Positions 1-9,600 of a stretch of 64,000 nt of DNA are shown one piece after another. The position numbers and the translations under genes were made by a program. The notes beneath the pieces are model-generated. The model saw only the letters and a program-made list of their open reading frames with translations. It did not search any database and was not told the origin of the DNA. The stretch lies in the IMG/VR virus record IMGVR_UViG_3300027749_000050; one strand, 5' to 3'. Every line of letters starts with the position of its first letter. Positions within the stretch are counted from its first letter, which is position 1. The DNA is from an uncultured virus (IMG/VR IMGVR_UViG_3300027749_000050) (Duplodnaviria > Heunggongvirae > Uroviricota > Caudoviricetes).

Positions 1-3000
1 TTGGAATGTTTCATTATTAGCAAGTTTGTCACCTAATTTTATTGCTAAAGAAGGATTACCTGTAAACATTCCTAAAACGTCACTCATTTCTATATCATTT
101 GAAATTGGTTTTTGTTTCTTTTTTATAGGATCACTTTCTTCAACAGTATTTTCATTGGTATAATTTTTAAATGCTGAAACAAAAGTATTTGGATTTATAG
201 GATTTGCATTCCAAGCAGTTTGGTTAAAAGATTGAGCTCCTGTTTTTGAAGGTTGTTCTACCATATAAGGAGAAGGAGGTTTAAAACTTGCTAATACTTT
301 TCCTTTCCCTGCTGGGTTAGCATACCCTCCAAATGGATCAGCTTTAACAGCAGGTGTAACTTGTTCCTCAACAACAGGTTCCTCAACAACAGGTTTGTTA
401 ACAACAGGTTGTTGAACTACTGGTGCAGAAGGGGCAGGTGTCCAAGTCATTTTATTTCTTAAAAAACTAATGTTAGGTTTAGAAGTAGGTGATGTTCTAA
501 AATTCATCATTGCAAGATTAAGTCTTGCATTTAAATCTTGAGCATTAACTGTTTTTTCCCTAGGAAGACTTTTAGGAGTAGAAGTTTTGTTAGAAACACT
601 TTTAGGAATAGAAGCTTCTCTTTCCATTTGCATCATCTTATCTACAGAAACTGGTGTGACTGTAGATTTATTTTCTTCAAGCATGTCATCATTCTGACGT
701 AACTTATTTAACAACTCTATATTTTTACTTCCACTAAAATCATAATTCTCCACATTATATTGTTTGGCTAATTGTTTTCTAAAAGTTTTAGTTCCTGGGT
801 ATCCTTTAGTTGCTAAGTAGTCAACTATACTATGTCCCATGTATTGATTTTCAGGACCAATAGGTTGAGCAACTGGCTGATCATCAACAATAGGTTGTTC
901 AGGAGCTTGTTCAGCTGCCATCATTTCTTTTATAACTGTAGAAAGAGTACCAGGTTTAATTGGACTAGGTTGTTTAACTTCCGTACCTCCATTTGCTTTA
1001 GGTAATTTAGAATTATAATAATCTTCTAAAACACTTCCTCCTCTTTTCTTTTGTTTTAAAGCAGCTGCTCCAGCCACTGCAGGAATAGTAGCAGGTAGTA
1101 ATCTAAGAAGTTCACGTTTAACTTTGTCAGATGTTCCTGGTTTAAAAAATCTATTTAAATTACCATACTCCATTATCATATCTAAATCAGACTCCCTAGG
1201 ATTTTGTAAAAGCTTCATTGCTCTTTCAGGAGTATAATTACGGTGTTTAATTAAATCTTCATAAAATTTTTGTCTACCCACCATTGTTTCAGAATGAAGT
1301 TCACCTGGAGAAGCCTCCCATGTAAATTTACCAGGAACAGCTTCCACCATAGCTTCTTTAAACTTCTTACCAAGATCTGTTTTAGGATTAGCTTCAAAAT
1401 ATAAGTTATCTGGTGTTTTAGATTGAATAACATCTAACCAACTTCCAGGATCATCTGGTCCATTAGAAGGATGATTGAATCCTAAATTTTGAGCTGAGTG
1501 AGTTAACTCATGTGCACTAACATCTTTTATTCTTTGTGGATCATTATAATAAAAACCATGATTTCTTAATGTTATAGATTCAGGAGTACCATCCATATTA
1601 ACTCCTCCTATACTTCCTCTATTACGTGTTATATATCCTTTAGCTTCATTACTAAGATTTGAATTATCAAATAATTCATTTATTCTTGAAGAAGTTAATC
1701 TAGTTTGAACATTAGCAATTGGATTTCCTTCAGAATCAAGATCTAAATTATTATTTCTCCATCCCTTTAATTTTGGATGAATATTTGTAATTCTTTCTTC
1801 TACCTCAGGTCTTAATGTATTACCTTCTCCATAGAACCAATTCTTTACAAAATTTTCTCCTTGTGCAGCAGCCTCATCTTGTTGCTGCATAATTTTTAAT
1901 TTTTGAGCTTTAGTTAATGGAAAAACTTCAGAAAAAGATTTAGGTTGATATCCACCCATTTCATTAATTCCTTTAGCTACCCCCATTAAATGATCTTTCC
2001 ACTCACCAGCTTTTATTGTTTTAGATAAATCATATAACTTATGAGCAAGAGGACTTGTAATTCCACCTGGTTGTGCAATTCCTCTGACAACATTTTTCAT
2101 TTCATTAAACAGAACAGGAGCTTCTGTAACTGCAGCTCCTACCATTGGTATTCCTCCAATAACATCAAATGCTGTTTCACCTGTAGCTGCTGCATAATCT
2201 TTCCAGTCTTTAGCATTTTTAAATCTATTAGCTATAGTACCATTGTTTATATTGTTTGCTAAGTTGTACCCACCAGCACCCACTAAAAGATTATTACCGG
2301 TTAATCCAGCAACTCCTGCAATAGGAGCTTCCAATGCAGGAAGAACATAAGGAGCAGCTGCACCACCTGTTACAATAGCTCCTGCAATACCGGCACTTAT
2401 AGCAGCTCTCTTAGCTAAGTCTTTATTTCTTTCAGCTTGTTTAGCCTCAGTATCTTTAGCAATTATTCTTTCATATGGATCTACTTTTTGACCATAACCT
2501 TTACCTTTAAATATAGGTGTTTTAGATGTTTTTATTTGAGCCTGTTGTTTTGATTCATTAGGTGTAAACCCAGGAATAGGAACACATCCTAACATACTAT
2601 GTTTATAAAATCCAGCTGGACAACCATCTGTAGTTTCCCCTCCAGGACCATATTTGTTCATTAACTTATTATAATAATCAACAAGAAGATTTTCTGTAGA
2701 TGTGTCTCCACCTTCTTTCTTTTGTTTTAATGCTCCTGAAACAAGTCCTGAACCGATACCTACACCTGCTGCTGTTTGTCCTATTTTTCTCCAATCTAAA
2801 ATTCTAGGTGCTGGTGTGGATGTACCAAAACTTAAAGTTTCGGCAAATGGATCATATCCCTCACTAGCTGCTCTACTAATATTTTCATAGTTAGGAGTGT
2901 ACGTTGGTCCACCAGAAGGCTTAGTAAAATATTGTTTAGGGTTTGTAAACATTTCACTATTTCCAAATAAAGATGATTGTTTAGAAGTTCCTGTTAAAGG

Positions 3001-6000
3001 AGTAGATTTAGGAACTTCTTTATATCCTTTTAACCAATGTTCTTTATATAATTTAACAGCAATATCATCAGTTTTCAAATTACCATATTTTCCCCACACA
3101 TCTTTATCTTTACCTAAATCTTTTAATGCTTGTAATATTTCAGGATTATCTTTAAACCCATCTGTCATTGCATGTTTATTCCATGCATTATCTGCCCATC
3201 TTCTTTCCACCATATAAGGACCTTTATATCCTCCAGGACTTCCTGCTTTTAGTAATTCTTCTGAACTTAATCTATTTGGGTTTAATGGTAAGCCCATATT
3301 AAAATGAGCATCTCCATAAACTCCATTTTCCATTGCCCTAATTTCTCCAGAATTTATAGCATCTAAATATCCTTCTTTTCCACCAATCATTCTATAAGCA
3401 GATTCAGGATTAGGTTTAAATGCCCATGGATTATATTTATATGTATTAGAAAGCAGTCCTGATTCCATAGACTCAGCTAAAGCTTTTTTAGCAGCATTGT
3501 ATCCAGCACCTGCTAATTCACCAGTTCCTGTTAAATATCCAGCAGCTTCTAAAGCTCCTACTATATGATCTACAGATTTCTGTTGTCTTTCTCCCATAAA
3601 GTTAGAAGGTTGTCCTTCAGCTGTCATATTAGGATTTATTGTAGATACATTACCTTGTTCATCTATTTGAGCATTAGGTTGTTGAGAAGCATATTGCTTA
3701 TTAAGCATTGTTCTTTTAGCTTCTGATGCTGGTGTAGAAGCTTTACCTTGTTCTACAAATTGTCTTTTATTAGTAGCTACATTTCTTCTATGAATTTCCT
3801 CAGCTATAGCATTTTGTTTTTGTTTCTCTTGTATACTCATACCCCCAGGAGCATCTGTTCTATTTAAAGGCATTGTATATGAAGGAAAAACAAATGGAGC
3901 TTTAGTAGTTTGTGCAGTAACTCCCCCAGTTGGATATTTAGTTAACCAACTTGTTGATGCTCCACCATATTTAGCCGTAGTTTGTGGTTGACCATTATCA
4001 GACTTAGAAATCTTATTTAGCATATCTGATATTTCTTGATCACTATAACTATCCCTAAGTTGATTAATAGGATCCCATCCTTTATTATCTATTTGTTTAT
4101 ATTTATCTAAATATTTAATATCAAAAGGCTGTGTAAAAGGATCATATATTCCTTGTTCTTTAGCTCTCTGTCTAAAGTTAGTTAAACGAGCTCTAGTCTC
4201 TGTAGGATCATTAACATAGTTTAACCATTTTTGTTGTCTTTCTATATGATCTTTATCAGAAGTTAAATCAGAAAAATTACTATATCTACTTTTATCTTGT
4301 TGAAATAATGGAGATTTTAAATAATTAGAAGAGGCATACTTTTTCATTAAAGCTAAATCTTTAACTGGGATTAACATACCTCCTTTATCAGAAGAATGTG
4401 AAAATTCATGTGCAGCATCACTACTTAACTCATCTCCTGCTTTTCCAGCAACTTGTTTTACAAATCCCACATATGGTTTATAATATTCAGTTGGGTAATA
4501 GCCGTCATAGTTCTCAATTGTTGTTGGCCTACCTGCCATAGGATAATGCCAAGGGGTATATGATTGTGACCATGCAGCAGATGTTTCTAATTCTCCATTT
4601 TTCTCTTTTGCTTGATCAACCATCCCCCATGTACTATTAGCTAATTCATTTTTTCTTTGTTTATCAATTTCATTAATGTCGGGTAAAAATGGAGATATTG
4701 GTTGACCTGTACTTTGTGCAAGCATTTTTTTATACATTGGAGAATTCATCCACTGCTCATTAAAAGTTTTTCCTTTTTGAATTTCAACATTTGGATTTGT
4801 TGTAGTTTGTACAGTAACTCCCCCACCAGGATACTTTGATAACCAATTACCTTCTTGTAAATCTGGTATAGATATATCTCCACCATTTTTTTTACTAGCT
4901 ATAGCATCTTTATAAAAAGGAGTTGTACGTTGTATCTTTTCAAAATTTATTAAATTTTTTACATCACTAGCATTTCTTGCTCCTTCAAATGTTTCCTTTA
5001 CATCATTATATTGTTCAGGTATTCTACCTGTTCTAAGAGATGTTTCTAATGGTTGTCTAGCCCAATAGTTAAATTGATCATCTGTAAGTTTAGCATTAGC
5101 TGGAAGACCAAGTTGATCTAAAGCATTTTGTCTAGCTCCTATTAACATAGAAGCTCTTTCACGTAATTTATTTTGATGAGCTCCTTGTTCAAACTCTTTT
5201 GGATTTCTAGCTGTATTATATAAATTATCTCCATACCATTTAGGAATAAATCTACTACCATCAAATGCAGCATGTCTTAATTCATGTCCTATAACTCTAT
5301 CAGGAGTTTGTATATTATTAAACTGTCTGTCATCTAACTGTATAGTTCCTTGATATGGAAAAGATGGGTCATAAAAAGGAGCACCGTGCCCATAGTAAGA
5401 ACTTCCTTGTGCTGGAGAATTATAATTAACTTGTACAGGAGTATTCATTACATTAGGAATCCAATCATGAATATTTTGTTGATACTCTGAATATCTTTGA
5501 TCAGGAGAATATATAGGAAGATTAGATAGTTGATTTACAACTTGTTCTTTATTCTTAGAATAATTATCTCCTGGTCCTTGTTGTCCACCATTTTTATAAT
5601 CTTCATCATAAGGAATACAAGTACCAAGATCACTATTATAATATGAACCTGAAGGACAAAAAGACATATTAGAACTTCTTGTAGCATTAAAAGGATTAAA
5701 CATATTTGCAGCAATTTCTGCATAATGTCCAAGACCATATCCTAAATCATAACCTTTTTTACCAGTTTCAGTATTAGCTGCAGAATCTGTTAAAAAACTA
5801 GAACGTGAAGGTGAACATGTTGCTCCTTGACATACTCCTTCTCCCATTCCTGATAAAAACTTTCCTATACCTAATCCCTTATGACCATTTTCTATATTAC
5901 CAGGACCACCTACATTAGGTGGGCACCCAAGAGGACCACAACTTTTTCCTCCTTTTCTAGTAAATAAATTTTTAAAAAATTCTACAATACCATCCCCAGG

Positions 6001-6603
6001 TCCACCATCTTTCATCATAGGAGGAGCCCAGCTATGATACTCAGGAAACATTCCTCCACCTCTTTTATATTGACCCATCCATTTAGCACTAGGAATCGGA
6101 GGACCTATCTTTGGATTCTTAATAAAGTTTTCTTCACCTTCTCCCCAATAACCACCAACTCCTGGAGTTACACTATCATAGTATTTACTTTCATTACTAA
6201 ATGTAGGATGATTAGGAAGTTTGTATGTATCAGGAAGATGATTTCTTTCTGGATCTTTAGCCCAAGCTTTTGTTACTTTGTAAGGAAGTTCATTATAAGC
6301 ATCTCTTAAATTATAATCATTAGATATAAAATCAGGATTAACTGTTTTAATCCATTGTTCATATTTAGGTTTTGGACCACCATTTTCCATTCTAGGAAAG
6401 AATGTAGATATTTTATTAGGATTGGTTAACATCCATGAAGAACCTCCTTTACCATATTGACCAAACTGTGTAGCTTGAGCTCTATCAGATAAATATATAC
6501 CTCCATTGTTAAACTTACCTGGAAGAGTAGGTTGTTTTTTAGATTGAAATTTAGCTTTTTCTAAATTATCTGCCATGATTTTATTTAAGTTAGGCTTTTG
6601 CAT
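1..6603 (-). CDS. Giant modular virion/ejected (cargo) protein, >=2201 aa, truncated at window edge; three HExxH zincin motifs, DUF3597-like domain, repeated xxGG linkers
   Basis: Manual translation from ATG 6603 (TAATG overlap with upstream stop; alternative ATG 6576) gives MQKPNLNKIMADNLEKAKF... and I found no stop down to base 1 (...ANNETFQ). Motifs: HELRH 5272-5286, HEFSH 4396-4410, HELTH 1498-1512. Absent from the ORF track because it has no stop in the window. Confidence 0.9.
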   Translation of the reverse strand, partial: MQKPNLNKIMADNLEKAKFQSKKQPTLPGKFNNGGIYLSDRAQATQFGQYGKGGSSWMLTNPNKISTFFPRMENGGPKPKYEQWIKTVNPDFISNDYNLRDAYNELPYKVTKAWAKDPERNHLPDTYKLPNHPTFSNESKYYDSVTPGVGGYWGEGEENFIKNPKIGPPIPSAKWMGQYKRGGGMFPEYHSWAPPMMKDGGPGDGIVEFFKNLFTRKGGKSCGPLGCPPNVGGPGNIENGHKGLGIGKFLSGMGEGVCQGATCSPSRSSFLTDSAANTETGKKGYDLGYGLGHYAEIAANMFNPFNATRSSNMSFCPSGSYYNSDLGTCIPYDEDYKNGGQQGPGDNYSKNKEQVVNQLSNLPIYSPDQRYSEYQQNIHDWIPNVMNTPVQVNYNSPAQGSSYYGHGAPFYDPSFPYQGTIQLDDRQFNNIQTPDRVIGHELRHAAFDGSRFIPKWYGDNLYNTARNPKEFEQGAHQNKLRERASMLIGARQNALDQLGLPANAKLTDDQFNYWARQPLETSLRTGRIPEQYNDVKETFEGARNASDVKNLINFEKIQRTTPFYKDAIASKKNGGDISIPDLQEGNWLSKYPGGGVTVQTTTNPNVEIQKGKTFNEQWMNSPMYKKMLAQSTGQPISPFLPDINEIDKQRKNELANSTWGMVDQAKEKNGELETSAAWSQSYTPWHYPMAGRPTTIENYDGYYPTEYYKPYVGFVKQVAGKAGDELSSDAAHEFSHSSDKGGMLIPVKDLALMKKYASSNYLKSPLFQQDKSRYSNFSDLTSDKDHIERQQKWLNYVNDPTETRARLTNFRQRAKEQGIYDPFTQPFDIKYLDKYKQIDNKGWDPINQLRDSYSDQEISDMLNKISKSDNGQPQTTAKYGGASTSWLTKYPTGGVTAQTTKAPFVFPSYTMPLNRTDAPGGMSIQEKQKQNAIAEEIHRRNVATNKRQFVEQGKASTPASEAKRTMLNKQYASQQPNAQIDEQGNVSTINPNMTAEGQPSNFMGERQQKSVDHIVGALEAAGYLTGTGELAGAGYNAAKKALAESMESGLLSNTYKYNPWAFKPNPESAYRMIGGKEGYLDAINSGEIRAMENGVYGDAHFNMGLPLNPNRLSSEELLKAGSPGGYKGPYMVERRWADNAWNKHAMTDGFKDNPEILQALKDLGKDKDVWGKYGNLKTDDIAVKLYKEHWLKGYKEVPKSTPLTGTSKQSSLFGNSEMFTNPKQYFTKPSGGPTYTPNYENISRAASEGYDPFAETLSFGTSTPAPRILDWRKIGQTAAGVGIGSGLVSGALKQKKEGGDTSTENLLVDYYNKLMNKYGPGGETTDGCPAGFYKHSMLGCVPIPGFTPNESKQQAQIKTSKTPIFKGKGYGQKVDPYERIIAKDTEAKQAERNKDLAKRAAISAGIAGAIVTGGAAAPYVLPALEAPIAGVAGLTGNNLLVGAGGYNLANNINNGTIANRFKNAKDWKDYAAATGETAFDVIGGIPMVGAAVTEAPVLFNEMKNVVRGIAQPGGITSPLAHKLYDLSKTIKAGEWKDHLMGVAKGINEMGGYQPKSFSEVFPLTKAQKLKIMQQQDEAAAQGENFVKNWFYGEGNTLRPEVEERITNIHPKLKGWRNNNLDLDSEGNPIANVQTRLTSSRINELFDNSNLSNEAKGYITRNRGSIGGVNMDGTPESITLRNHGFYYNDPQRIKDVSAHELTHSAQNLGFNHPSNGPDDPGSWLDVIQSKTPDNLYFEANPKTDLGKKFKEAMVEAVPGKFTWEASPGELHSETMVGRQKFYEDLIKHRNYTPERAMKLLQNPRESDLDMIMEYGNLNRFFKPGTSDKVKRELLRLLPATIPAVAGAAALKQKKRGGSVLEDYYNSKLPKANGGTEVKQPSPIKPGTLSTVIKEMMAAEQAPEQPIVDDQPVAQPIGPENQYMGHSIVDYLATKGYPGTKTFRKQLAKQYNVENYDFSGSKNIELLNKLRQNDDMLEENKSTVTPVSVDKMMQMEREASIPKSVSNKTSTPKSLPREKTVNAQDLNARLNLAMMNFRTSPTSKPNISFLRNKMTWTPAPSAPVVQQPVVNKPVVEEPVVEEQVTPAVKADPFGGYANPAGKGKVLASFKPPSPYMVEQPSKTGAQSFNQTAWNANPINPNTFVSAFKNYTNENTVEESDPIKKKQKPISNDIEMSDVLGMFTGNPSLAIKLGDKLANNETFQ

Positions 6604-9600
6604 TATCTAGGAGATTGTAATAGTTTTTCGTTTGACATTTTAAATAAAAACTTAACACCGTCACTTACTGTTTTTCTAAGAAAAACTCTATTTATATTGT
6701 GTCTAAATTTCTTATGTTGTATTGCTTCTTTACTGTAATTAACATAGGTAGAGTTGATAGGGTAGACATAACCTTTAGAAGATGTATTAAACATTGGTAT
6801 GTTTACACCTGACCCAATATCATCTCTATTATTTGTTATATCCCAGAACTGATTAAATCTATATTTATTTTCTACTTTAGAAAACTGAATATCTATAGAA
6901 TCAGAATTTACTTTAGGATATGCCAATATTGATAAAGGATCATTCTTAATTCTTACATTAAGATTAAGAAGACCAGATATTTGTTCAGAGTTATATATGA
7001 TAGCTTGATCAAAGTTTTCATTATACACATGAAACTTATCTCTACACTCATTATCATATTTGTAAGCTTCTAATATATATTCTATACTTCTCATTGTAGT
7101 TACTGTCTGCCCAGTGGCTGAAACAAACTCTACTTCCCAAGGATAGTTCACACCATAGAAATTACAATAAGAGTCACATCTAATATTATGTTTCCAAATA
7201 CTATCACCATTTATAGAAGCAAAATGAATTTTACCTGGTAACAAGAATGTAGGTATCCAGTCATGAAAACTAATCCATGTCTGTGCTTTAGGATCATATG
7301 ATATAGTGAAGCTAGCATCTTCAAAATAGTCTGTGTTATCTAAACTAATCTTTGCACCAAAATAATAAAACTGTCCGTCTTCATCATATGTTAAATCTGT
7401 CTTTAAAGGTTTATAATCTTTCTTACTGACATAAACAATTTCATTAGTATTATCATACACCATATGAATACCAATACCAACAACCGGATTATCAAATAAA
7501 GGATAGTTTGGATAAACTTTAAGAAGTTCAGATGGAAGATAACTAGCAAACCAATACCTAAGTCCATTAGAAGATATTTCTTTTAAACCTTCACCGGCAT
7601 AGTTAAATATTTTACCTTGGTTTTGACTAACATAAAATACACCATACTTAGTTCCTATAGCTGAATATTTACTTTGACAAGATCCATACTCATAAGACTC
7701 ATCTACATTTACTACAGATTGTAATTGAGATGCTCCACTAAATAAAGCACCATCTCCAATAGTAATCTTAGCACCAGTGCCATCAAGTCTAAGTTCTTCA
7801 ACCCCCATAAATTGTAAAGGTCCTTGGAACTTCATCATAAAAAAGGCACCTGTTTTATTTATAGGTTTTATAGAAGTAACATTAGTATTAAAATCTTTAT
7901 AGTTATTAGCTAAGAAAATTCTCCAACTATCTTTTTTAGATTCATCTTGTTGAGGGAGAGAATATATCACTCTGTTAGGACGATATGTATAACATGTTGC
8001 TGCTATCGTAGGATTATAATCTCTAGCTAGCATGTTGCCCCAACTTATATTAGAATTAAATAAGTGACTTATACTAAGAGAATAATCATACTTATAGTAG
8101 TTACCACTTTTTATAGCATCACTCCTAAACATAGTATTAATATCTGTAAATCCATATGGATCATAATGTCTATGAGCTATGTCATCTTCATAATCTCTAA
8201 ATGTTAAATTTACTTCTGACTCACAAAAAAAATCACGTACACCTGAATTAAATAAATAAAAATATCCTTGATTTAAATATAACCAACTACCTGATCTTAC
8301 ACTATCTAAACTTCTATGATTAGAAGGTCTATCATTAAATAAACCTATATACTTATAACTATCAACCCAATATCTAGGATAGGGTATAGTAGGGTATAAT
8401 GTATAATCAAATTCATATCCATCTGGTTCTTCGTATAACCATGTGTTAAAAAAGAACATAGAATTCTTTTCTGTAAATCTTCCTATATAAGTGTCACCTC
8501 CAAAAAATACAGGACTAGTAACCACTTCATCTAAAATAGGTTTAGATGGATAAATACATTCTGATATAGGTAATTGTTTAATAGATTCTAACTGACCATA
8601 TTGGCTAGGTATAGAAATCTTTATAGCACCATAATGAGAAGATATATTTGTACTTAAAGATTGAGAATATTTTGCACCTGTTGATCCTATTGTTATTCTA
8701 CTATCGTCTATGTTAATAGGATCATCAAAATCTTCACTTAATTTAATGCAAACAAATCTACTTCTATTATAATTATTAATTTGAAAGTTACCAGTAAATT
8801 GTTGTAAAGAAGATCCTACATAAATAGCATCTGTTATTTTTCTACGTCTATTTCCTTCTACACTTTGTGTAGATTGATTATATAATCCATGTGAATTATA
8901 TTGAGCAGCAAATTGTCTAAATGGTATTAATGCATATACAACAGATAGCACTTGTTCTTTTTCAATTTTAGCTCCAAAAAATAATTTATAAGCTCCTAAG
9001 AAAATACCATTAGCTGCTAGAGCTACTGCTGCAAAAGCAGTTGCTAAAGCTCCTTGAGTACCTTCTGCTACCACTTTATCAACACCAGCTGTTTTAGCAG
9101 GTAAATCTTTATTAGCAGAGACATCCACTTTAAATCCTCCTGTTATAGCTTCAGCAGCTTGAATAACTACAAGGGCAGAAACAAAAATATCTAAAGTGGT
9201 ATCAAAATTGTTTACTAATAATTTAAATTTAGGATGCATGTATGGTATCTCAAAAGTTCCTCTAGCTGTTCCATACATTTCTTGATATAACTTAACCTCA
9301 TTAACATTTAAATAAGGATTTGTAAATGCTACCTCAGGACTATGAAAAGAAAATGTATCTTGTCTATACCCACCCAACCCTGATGTTTTAGGACCATCTG
9401 TATTACTACCACTTGTATTGTTTTGTTCAGTGGCTGTTAAATACATATCAGTACTTAAATCATTATAAGGATAGTTTTGATAAAGTCCTGTTGCTTCTGG
9501 GTTTCCAGGAATAGGGTATGATCTCATATTATTAAAAAGACCCTTTGCTATTATAGACTTATTACCTTGTCTTGTTCCTCTTAGTATTTCATATCCAAGA

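Noticed and set aside
1251..6309. Short track ORFs at 1251, 2041, 2702, 2897, 5535, 6034
   Set aside because: Antisense or out-of-frame shadows of the giant ORF
1..6600. Stop-codon reassignment or a non-coding desert explaining the lack of long ORFs
   Set aside because: One minus frame is open in the standard code and simply lacks a stop in the window; elsewhere genes are intact and TAG/TGA serve as stops
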